Below are positions 53,801 through 64,000 of a stretch of DNA of 64,000 bases, piece after piece. The notes beneath the pieces are model-generated. The model was not told the origin of the DNA and ran no database searches. It saw only the letters and a list, made by a program, of their open reading frames with translations. Positions within the stretch are counted from its first letter, which is position 1. Each line of letters opens with the position of its first letter. The position numbers were made by a program, and so were the translations under genes. This DNA is from Eledone cirrhosa (lineage: Eukaryota), in NCBI GenBank assembly GCA_964016885.1, contig OZ024740.1:146134001-146198000 (forward strand). The letters are read 5' to 3'.

Positions 53801-56066
53801 TCCATATCAATGTTGTACAGCTCATATTTATAAACCCATTCAAGAAAGGCAATTTAATTTTTTTTTTTTTTTTTCTGGTGGAAATGAATTCATATATTAA
53901 ATGTTGACATATTTGTCTTTATCATTATCATCGTTTTTAAGTCTGGTTTCACCCATGTTGGCATAAATTGGATGAGACTTTTGAGGCTGTAATCTATAAC
54001 TTGATGTCCTTCATGATGCCAACCCATACACTGGAATTGTCAATGTCAATGATCATTATATATCTTTGATGTTATGCTGTACTGCAGAAGACCTGCCTTC
54101 CCATGTGTACAGGATGAAACAAATATGTAGAGGATACTAGTCTGCACCAATCTTTTTTTACTCCTCCCCAATTCACCATTCCTGGTCATAATAACCCCTC
54201 CCCCAGCTAAATAGCCCACTCACATTGTTCATATCCAACATGCATACTCGTTCCCCCCAACTCTCACCTTCCTCACTCCTGATACCTCATTTGTCCAACC
54301 CATGCATACAAGCATGGAAAGCTGGACATGCTCCACACTTGTTCCTCATGATGCTACCACAACAAAAGAATTACTAAGTCTATCCTGTATGGTGGCCATG
54401 TTGGTTCTCAAACCACCCTGTAAGGGGACCATACTGGTTTCACAACAAAAAATCACCCAGGCTACTCTGTTAGATGTTTTGGTGCTTCAATAAAAAGCAC
54501 CCAGTTCATGCTGTAATTTGATTGACATTAGGAAGGGCACCCAGTCATAGAAACTAAGCTAAAATACAAATCTGTATGAGCAAGACAGTCATCTGACCTG
54601 TTTCATAATGTGACAAACCATCTAACCCATGTAAACATGGAAATATGGACTTTAAATGAAGCTTCAAGATAAACAACCAGAACAACTGTTGGTCCATTGT
54701 CCTTACTGAGCTTGCTGTTGCTGCTGCAACAACTATGGCTTTTATCTTTAACTGCTATCTGGCTCAAGCCCATTCATTGCACTAACTTCCTTGGGTATGG
54801 AAATTTAAAAAAGTCAGAATTTGAGAATTACACAAGTGTTATCTTTGACCAAGCACAAGACCATTTAAAAAAAAAAGATAAAACTGTCACTTGCAATATA
54901 CTGCTTCTTATTTTATTGCCTTCAGCTGGAGGTAGGAATGAAAAAGAATCTCCACTGCCTATACATGGACTAACGTTAAAATGTGTGGATATTTGTCTAC
55001 ATTGTTCCAAGGAAAAAAGCTGTTTCATATTTAACTTGCAATATGGAGTTATTCTCATGGAGAGATAATGGTCACTGATATTAGTTGCTTTTTTTTTTTT
55101 TTTTTTTTTTTTTTTTGTAATTGGTGTAAGTAATCTTAGGATTGTTTGCAATAAAGGGAGGGGGGGGGGGGCAACAGGCTTTGCACCCCATGTAAAGATG
55201 GCAAAGGCATTGCTGTGAACAGCCAGAAACACCCACTGCATCAGCCACTCTTCCTCATGGGCCACTTTCCCCAGGAGGGATGCAATCCTCCCAATTTTGT
55301 GGAGGAAAATGGCAGTTCAGGGACCAAGTACATATATGCTCTCTTTGAACATATATATTTTCTGTCCATGTGACTTACTGATTTCCTGTTTATAACCGAG
55401 ATTTAAGTGCTTAGTTTTCACCTAAACAATACATGAAACCTCACCAAGGATCATTTAACTTTAGTGGAGAATTAGTATTACATATTTTATTTCTTCCCTG
55501 CAGTTGAGTATAGGCTTACATTATATATCCCCTCTTCCATCATCCAATTCTTCCACTTGAGTATCTGTAACAATTCCTTCCAGCTAGCTATTCTCTGGAA
55601 GTCCTACTTTTTTTATTGCTTCCTTAACTGCAATAAACATCTCCTATCTGAAGTTATCCTCGACAGCTGCCTCTGTTTTTCTTATTCCAGTCCCACTGAT
55701 CTGGCAGATACATATACTGAAGTGAGCAAGTTACACCAGTCATGTGGTAGCCTCTGTCATCACTCAACTTGCTATAAATAGCAATGAAAGCCTAAAAATC
55801 ACACACTAGCATTTTAAAAGGAGGACATACTTTATAATACCCACTGATACATTCATTATACATGAAAAAGAAAAAAAGATGGTTATGTATGGAACACCTC
55901 TGACCATAGATCTTTTCCATCAAGACTGGTGTGGACTAAATATCAACAGCTTACACCAGTTAATTTCTTTCTCTGTACATGTTCCTGTCTATCATGCTGA
56001 GTTCCCTCTGTATTCTAATTGTTCCTTAAGGGTCACCTGGCTAGTCTCTTGTCAGCTCATTCCATC

Positions 56067-56270
56067 TTAACCCTTTAGCATTTAAATTGGCCATATCTGG
56101 CCAGAATTCTCACCTTTCTGTTCAAACCAGCTGTAACTGGCCACTCAAACCTACATTAAAGTATTGTTCTCAAAATAAATATCAAAATATCGGGTTCGCA
56201 TTGAGATAATTATGTAAGATAAAGCCTTTACTGTGAAAATACAATAGTAATATAAATGCTAAAGGGTTAA
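56067..56270 (+). mobile_element. MITE family A
   Basis: TTAACCCTTTAGCATTTA ... TAAATGCTAAAGGGTTAA, a perfect terminal inverted match. Confidence 0.9.
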
Positions 56271-57971
56271 ATCAAAATATACAACCACAACCATTCAAGT
56301 TAGCTAATTAATTTGTTTTACCTATACCAATTTTGAGTATCCATGGCAGTTTCACCATTGCTATTTGACATAAACAAATCTCTCCACATTATACAGATAT
56401 GCAGACAACCAGTTACACATGATAGGTCAGATGGATAAGAGTACTTATCTGAAAATGTAATGCACAAAAAAATCTATTGCATATTTATCAATTTCTCTCT
56501 TTATTTTTTAATCTAAAAAGACTATAGTTAAACTTATATTTCCTTTTATATCAGAGTTGGCAAATAATGCCATTTGATAGAGGTTTCCAATGAACCAATC
56601 ACTGGTTTACTGCATTTCTAGTGGTCAGGGTGAAAAGCAGTGTCTGCAACTTGGTTCAGCGTAGTAGAAATTTTCAAAAAGATTTCGTTTTTTTTTTGTT
56701 TTGTTTTTTTTACTTGCTTCTATTTTTTTTTTTTTTTACTTGCTTTTATTTACATCCTGTGCCAATGATGTACATACAAATGTGTATTGGTGTAGGCATG
56801 CTGCGTCATTAACTTCAGAATTATGGTTTTGGTGTCATCCCCACTGGAGGCATCTTGGGCAAGAATCTTTTACAAGAACCTGTGACAACCAATTCCTTGA
56901 GTGAATTTGTGAGATGGAAAGTGTGTGCATGGGTGTATGCATGCATCACTGCAACTATCATATTGACACTTTAGAAAAGCCAGTGACAGTGGTTTATATA
57001 TCTCATAAACAATCCATTTGGCAGTGAAGCAGTTTGATGATTGTCAGTGGTATTTATGGATTGGCATCTGTTAGAGCATCCAGCTATAGTAAACAAACAT
57101 GCTTCAAAGAACTCGTATAATCCATGCAAGCATTGACAAATGGATGTACAAAAAATAGCCCAAAATTTCTCTGAAATTATATCTTGCCATCTTAAAAAGA
57201 GGACATTAGAAAATGGAGTCCTTGTTATCTCTAAAATGACTGGTCACAGAATGTCTGACCACAGGTCTGCTTGATTAAGGTTGATGTGAGACCAAACAAC
57301 CTATCTCTGTATGTCTCCTTGTTCTTGTCTTATAGACATAGGTAATATACAATCAGACATGGTAATGCACAATTGTGTATAGCATCCTTAAGGATGATAA
57401 TTATCAAGATTCTATTAAAATATTAGATCTAACAAAATATCTAGTGACTTCATATTCTCCATAAAACTAAATATGTATCACAGCTCTAACTCTGCTCATA
57501 TCATGTACATTAAGTGCTCAAATATTAAGCCACTGTCTTTATCTCAAATTTTATTTATAGCTCAGTAAAAAAGGTAAAGGAAGCAATCCATGATCTTTTA
57601 TCAGGGTCTCTGTCTGGTGGGAAGAAGTTAATGTAAGACCTGGTTTAAATGTTTACAATAGTGTACTCCGTTAGACACCCAAGACCAAAGGGGGTAGTGT
57701 TTCTTAATGTCCTGTACCGCATGAAACTGCATTAGCAAGACATTCTTGAAAAAGTACAAAACAGTACTATGACTGAATCCCATTAAAAATTAATCTTTAC
57801 TTTAGTTTATTGCAAATTTTCACAATGATCTGTCCACTAGTAAAGTTACTATAAACAAATCTGTTTTAGATATTTTCTGCTAAACCAATACAGGATGTTA
57901 ATCAAATATTTAAAACAGCACTGACAACATCACATCAAAAATTAGTCAAATTTTCACAAGTCTTGTCCACT

Positions 57972-58009
<38 letters not shown>

Positions 58010-58487
58010 TAAACATTTGAATTAACAAACATGTTTTTAAACAGGATGTTAATAAAGTAGGCAATGGGTTAAACCTATCACTAAAATTAAGTCTATCACT
58101 GTAATTACCCAGACAAAAAAGGATTTCTTCAGTATGCCTTCAACTGCATTTGCAGGCACTATAAAACTATTGGTTCATAGCATACGCCATTATATTTCTT
58201 TGAAATTGCTGATTATATGCTTTTTTTTTTTATCTAATACTATGCATCACAGTTCCTCCTTTCAATACCCACCCTCATGTAAGCTACTTTGCTCAATCTT
58301 TTTTTTATCCTTTTAAAACATCCTTTGTTTCTGTTTTATTATAATTTTATGAGCAATAGCATCATTGGTTACATACAGGTTTCTAATGGGGCAATCACTG
58401 GTTCGCTATATTCACTTGACAAGAGAGATAACTGTAACCTGAGTGAACAATTATCACAAAGGACTTTGTTTGAAAGCACTGCTTTAT

Positions 58488-58523
<36 letters not shown>

Positions 58524-59720
58524 CAATGTTGTCTTTCAATGATATACATAGTCTAAGCATGCATGAATATGTATACGCAGAGGACACTCGGGTAATGGGC
58601 ATAACATTATTCCCAAACACTGCAATATTTGGCCCACAGACGAACTGTAAACTCTCCAGCTCTTCTATCAATACTACTGTGGCTTCTACTTGGAGCTGGC
58701 TACCTTTTAGCAAATTTCTTACTGTATTTCTAATTAAATTCAAACTTACAAAGTTAACTGATACACATAAGCAGTGTATTTGATGAGATAGTTAACTTTT
58801 TCTTTAGTAAGCTGATTTTTGAAACATTACTTGGAAGGTTTTAATATAAGTATATTTTTAAATAAGCAGTTATGTATCATTAAACCAGGGCAGTTTCAGG
58901 TTGCTTGATATCAAGAATTAAACAAACTTCTCCATTTCAAAATGGTTTGTGACAATGCTCTTCCTTCTTTTATGTAATGATTTATAAAATAATCCAAAAT
59001 AAAGGAAGCCTACTCATGACATCCTTTGTTTAGCTACCACTCTATATTTACACACCAAATATACTGTGTTATTTTTATCAACAGTAACTAAATTGTCTTG
59101 TCGCTAGAGGAAAAGGCTTGATTCCAAAGTTTATTTGCTAATGATAACACCCCCCAAAATATTTATATCAAATATTACAGAGAAAGTACATTTTCTACTG
59201 CTTTCATATTTTTATAAAATTTACTGATATTGTGCAGTATTTACTTTCTAGATAATTAATACTGGATAAAAAGACTGATAATCTTTGAAACCTCAATTAG
59301 CCTCAGGGGAAATACAGCAGAGAGGATACTCTAGATAATTTGAAAACTTGCACTGAAAACATGTTTGTTAGGGAACTTGAACAGTTTTGAATTTTTCTTC
59401 TGTTGGCCTAGATGTTGTTGGAAGAAATTTGAGAATACTGTAAAATTTTAATCTAGTATCTCTAGGTCTGTCTCTCTCCTGCACTATCCCTCTACTATTA
59501 ACCTCTTCAGTATAGTCTCCCCATTACTCATCCCTCTGTTATCCTCTTTCTGCACATACTCTTGCTCTCCTCACTGAAGAGATTTGGATATAACCTGAGG
59601 CTATAGTTAATGAGCCTATAGTTAATGAGGCTTGCCCAAGATGCAATGCAGTGGTATCAAACCCATGGCTTTCATTGCTAAGAGTATTTTTTTTTTTACC
59701 GTTTATCCAATCAAATATAG

Positions 59721-59755
<35 letters not shown>

Positions 59756-60084
59756 ATTATTATTTAACATAGAAACTGCTATATTTATTTTTGCTTAGTG
59801 TGATAGTGTTTTCTATGAAATGTCAGAATATTTTGTCACATTTTTGTACCTTGGTCTCAGATGCAATTCTGTTAAGTCAGTAATATTAAGTAATAAATCA
59901 AAGTTGAATGTTTTTGTGTGTTCTTGAATGGTTAAAAATGACTATTTTCAGGTTCATCATATTTGTTGAAATCCACTGCTAATGATTTTCAAATAATTTT
60001 GAAAATGTTCAAGAATTTGGAGGGATTTAGTAATATAACTTTCTCATTATTAAGCTGGTGTTTGAGTTCTTGGCAAACTTCAAC

Positions 60085-60615
60085 ACGATTTTCCTTCTGG
60101 TCCTGTGTCAGCAGGTGGGGCACAAACTTGGTAGCAACACGCTGCATGTCAGCTCAGATGTTAGGATTGCCTGCACCAACAACGTAAGCAGTCATTGATT
60201 GTCCTTCAATGATCCTCATGCACAAGTTGCTTAATTCTTTCAACATTTCTGGGATTGTTGCTCGTTAAAGGTCTTCCAGGGACATTTTCCACTTTGGAAG
60301 CACCTGTCCCACTCGAAACATAGCGAATGACCCATTGCCTTATAACTGAAAGCTTGCTGAAGCATTTTCAATGTCTCTGTGGCAATTTTCCAAGTTTAAT
60401 GCAAAATTTCACATTGGCTCTTTGTTTCAATTTGATGTCCATGATATAATTGCAGACATGCACATGAAAAATGCTAATTTAACAACTCAATGTAAACACA
60501 ACGATGTCACTTGGTACACTGACTTATGACAGCTATCACTGTGCAAGCAACCCTGTGCTGCCATCTGTTGGCGCACTACAGAGCTAGTCCAGAAACGTTT
60601 TGATACTACCTTGTA
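60085..60615 (-). mobile_element. Mariner (Tc1/mariner) 5' fragment: TIR plus transposase N-terminus, nested in a family-B MITE
   Basis: Minus-strand TIR TACAAGGTAGTATCAAAACGTTTC; the ATG at 60442 gives MDIKLKQRANVKFCIKLGK/ATETLKMLQQAF..CFEW..F.SG (mariner HTH, frameshifted). The MITE halves are at 59940-60084 and 60616-60670. Confidence 0.85.
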
Positions 60616-60844
60616 TATAAACACTTTAAAACAGTTTTGTATTGTAGAATCGGTCTGGTATCAAGTGTTGTCATTTGCCAGACAAGTACACCAAAATACA
60701 TATGAATATATGTATAGTGTTTTATTGGCTTCAATATTTTTAATCACTTATATTGACCTAAGTTATATTTCAGTTAGGTAAATATTTCATTGTAAATAAT
60801 TTACAGGACATGAAGACAGAAAATAAGCCACATCAGCTTTTAAA

Positions 60845-61059
60845 CACGTGCGTGCACGTGCATTACATGCGCACGCACGCACTCGCTCACTCACGCAATC
60901 GCTCACTCGCGCAATCGCTCACTCGCGCAATCGCTCACTCGCGCAATCGCTCTCACGCACTCTCTCTCACGCTCGCACTCTCTCTCTCGCACTCTCTCTC
61001 TCACGCTCGCACTCTCTCTCTCACGCTCGCACTCTCTCTCGCACGCACGCACTCTCGCA

Positions 61060-61102
<43 letters not shown>

Positions 61103-61107
61103 TCTCT

Positions 61108-61163
<56 letters not shown>

Positions 61164-61255
61164 TTTCTCTCTCTTTCTCTCTCTTTCTCTCTCTCTTTCT
61201 TTCTCTTTCTGTCTTTCTCTCTTTCTCTCTCTCTCTTTCTCGCTCTTTCTCGCTT

Positions 61256-61318
<63 letters not shown>

Positions 61319-61349
61319 TTCTCTCTCTCTCTTTATCTCTCTCTCTCTT

Positions 61350-61380
<31 letters not shown>

Positions 61381-61390
61381 TTCTCTCTCT

Positions 61391-61423
<33 letters not shown>
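60845..61423. repeat. Compound microsatellite: (CACG)/(CGCAATCGCTCACTCG)n grading into (CT)/(CTTT)n
   Basis: Directly visible. Confidence 0.95.
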
Positions 61424-62084
61424 GCAAATTTTGTGGTTTGGCAAACAGATTCTGAAAATGTGAACCACTGAAAGTGGTGCTCCAGTGTGGCCAGTCTAAT
61501 AATTGAAACCAGTAAAAGAATAAAATGCATAGACCATTTATTTTTTTTTTTTTTTTTTATTTATTTTTTTTTTTTTTACATCCATTATTCTATGCTGGAA
61601 TGGGTTGGACAAGACTTCTTGATGCCATTTCTTTTTTCTTAAGGTACTGATCTTTACATCTAGAATTACTGATTTGTGGGACATATAGTTTATGCAGTGT
61701 ATAAACAAACATCACTGTGCAAGCACTGTTAAATGCAAGGCAATGACATACACTTCTTTTTAGTTTCCACCTATCAAAATCACTTTTAAATGACTCTAGT
61801 TCTTGTATAAAGCCTATACAAATATCCATAGTATTTATAACTCCTATGGCTTGAAGGAAGACAGTGATATTTTGTCATGTGACACGATTCCCCCCCCCCT
61901 GTTTTTTTTTGGGGGGGGGGGGGGTTCAATTAAAAAAAAATGAATGTGTAAAAAAAACTCCTGATGGCTTGTAAGCTAATAGTCATTAAACCCCAAGGGA
62001 GCCTCATGCCAAATATATTGTTTATCTGTTAGGTAATTTTACCAAACCACCCAATAAATATTGTTTCAGTTGTTGTAATTGTAG

Positions 62085-62280
62085 TGAAGGTACATGGCTC
62101 AGTGGTTAGGATGTTGGACTTGTGATCATAATGTTGTGGGTTTGACTCCTGGACTGGATAGCATATTGTATTCTTGAGTGAAACACTTCATTTCACATTG
62201 CTCTAATACACTCAGCTATCATGAATATCATCTATAGCTCGGGATTAAACATGCGATAGACTGATATACTGCCCAGTGGT
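62085..62280 (+). mobile_element. Third tRNA-SINE family copy
   Basis: A box TGGCTCAGTGG, B-box-like GGTTTGACTCC, and core CTTGAGTGAAACACTTCATTTCACATTGC. Confidence 0.7.
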
Positions 62281-62505
62281 ATCTTGAACCCTGTCTTATA
62301 ACACTAATAAAGCCAAGATAAACACTCTGTTCCAAGCTAAATGTTTTTTTTTTTATTTTTTATTTTTTTTTTTTTTTTTAAATTGTAATCTTGATTATCT
62401 AACTTAGCTTAGTTAAGATTTCTTCTAATGACTAAATATATCAAAAATATTAAATGTATGTTTTCATTTTTGCTTTGTGATAACAATATTTCTTCTATTC
62501 TTCAG

Positions 62506-62706
62506 GTTCTTGGAGCTGCTATCTTTGGATTCTGTCTTTGGCTTCGGTTAGACTTTTGGTATGACTATCCTATAGAAGTTGACTCAGTTCTGAAAATATA
62601 CCATATTGCTATTTACATAGCAATTGCAGTTGGTGGGCTAATTATAATTTTTGGCATTATTGGATGTGTTGGTGCAATTGCTTCTCGTTTGGTGCTACTG
62701 GTCCTG
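62506..62706 (+). CDS. Tetraspanin coding exon 2 (end of TM1, small extracellular loop, TM2, inner loop)
   Basis: CAG|GTT...CTG|GTAAGT, 201 nt, phase 0/0. It encodes VLGAAIFGFCLWLRLDFWYDYPIEVDSVLKIYHIAIYIAIAVGGLIIIFGIIGCVGAIASRLVLLVL, with the LWLRxD and GxxGCxGA tetraspanin motifs. Confidence 0.92.
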
Positions 62707-62721
62707 GTAAGTCTGCTCTTT

Positions 62722-62835
62722 TTAATAATTGTTTCTACTTTTGGCACAAGGCCAGCAATTACCCAGTGCATTACTGGTACTTTATTTTATCGACCCCGTA
62801 AGGATGAAAAGCAAAGTTAACCTCCGCGGGATTTA
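62722..62835 (-). mobile_element. 5'-truncated young tRNA-SINE just downstream of the exon-2 donor
   Basis: Nearly identical to the SINE unit at 2722-2840. Confidence 0.9.
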
Positions 62836-64000
62836 ACCACTGTCACATACTGATAACATTTTTGCTGACTGTTGTTTGTGGGTGCAAATAAGAATTGACA
62901 CACATCAAATTGCTAAGCTTCTATTTTATCTTGGCCCAGATAACACTACTCATACTTGGTAACTGCTCTCTCTTTTCACCCTCTTTAACTTTCATATACA
63001 CACACTCACACACATAATTTCTATTTCTCCCGTCTCTATCTTTCTCTCCATCTGCTTATTTTTTTCTTCCTTTCTACCCTTGTCTTTCTGCATCCTCTTC
63101 CTCATAACCCCCCCCACCCCACCCACCCCGTGTTTTTTTATCCTCCCTCATTTTCACCCCCCACCTCTGCACCTTTACATTCTTTTCCTTCTGTTCTGTC
63201 TGTCTCTTCTTTTATTTACTTTCTTTCTCTCTGTCATCTTCTAAACTACCTACTGCAAACAAGGAAAATATATTTAGAATGTTGGTGTAGGGAGACCCAA
63301 CTCTCTACTTTTTAAAATATTTTGTTTGCTTTACTGTATCATTTTCTGATGGCTCTGTGGTTTATTCGCGCCTGGAGATGCAGGTTGCTATTTTTTTATT
63401 TTTTATTCAGACATTCATAACATCAGTATATATAGTTACTGAATAACTGTCATAAAGAGACCTGTAAAGCTTAAGGAATTACATTGACTTTGCTAATGAA
63501 TTAAAGACATTATGATAGTTAAGAAGTCCATCTCATTTGTAATTGGTACAACTGGAATGATCCAAAACTGTTCATGTAATGAGATTCACAGGTTATCTAG
63601 AGATAGAATCATGTTCCAGAAAAAGCAATATTGGCCATTTGTATGCATGTTTTCCAAGATGTAATCAATTCTTTTTGATTCAACCCTCAAATTCCTATAT
63701 TTCTGTGTTCCAGTTCATTTTAAAATAACCAAAAATGTTGTTGAATTTAACAAAATGACTTTATTTGTAAGCTGATCTTTAGAACATTAACACAAATTTC
63801 TAAAATAAAAATCATGATGGAAGGTTTTAATATAGGGATAAACATTTTTAAATGAGCAGCTTTGTATCATGAATCTAGGATTTCAGACAGATATCAGCAG
63901 GGATAAAAAAAATGTTTGATATACCCATCAATAAAAGATTTCTGTTAATATGAAACAATATAATAGTCTGTGTATTTTAAATAGTTATTATGGCTCTACT

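Noticed and set aside
58289-58783. 164-aa and 124-aa ORFs
   Set aside because: They cross a poly-T run and an old repeat, with no protein motif.
60810-61530. SL/RE-rich ORFs
   Set aside because: Translations of a (CT)n compound microsatellite.
62428-62820. 130-aa ORF as a complete single-exon gene
   Set aside because: Only 62506-62706 is tetraspanin-like and bounded by splice sites. The N-terminal part is intron and the C-terminal part is SINE-derived.

Overview
AT-rich, repeat-dense animal genomic DNA. The SINE, RTE and MITE families resemble those of octopus/cephalopod genomes; this is my inference and was not checked against a database. The only supportable host gene is a + strand tetraspanin of the CD9/CD81-like type. 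Its first coding exon (14090-14155, MGFEGKSFCLKLCVLCFTFLFW) is joined across a 48,350-bp phase-0 GT-AG intron to exon 2 (62506-62706), and the rest of the gene lies beyond the window. Upstream (1-13 kb) is a pile of nested decayed elements: a Gypsy 3' end, hAT transposase, head-to-tail tRNA-SINE stacks, RTE LINEs with a PHD-like insert, an L1/Tx1 LINE and a CRE-type endonuclease fragment. The intron holds SINEs, TTAA-MITEs, hAT MITEs, a canonical non-autonomous Helitron, mariner remnants, two homogeneous minisatellites born inside transposons and very long microsatellites. The most unusual signal is at least four independent ~27-33 bp micro-inversions or template-switch events, read by comparison with sister repeat copies or the element's other end in the same window. 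No CRISPR array or novel protein-coding system is supported.
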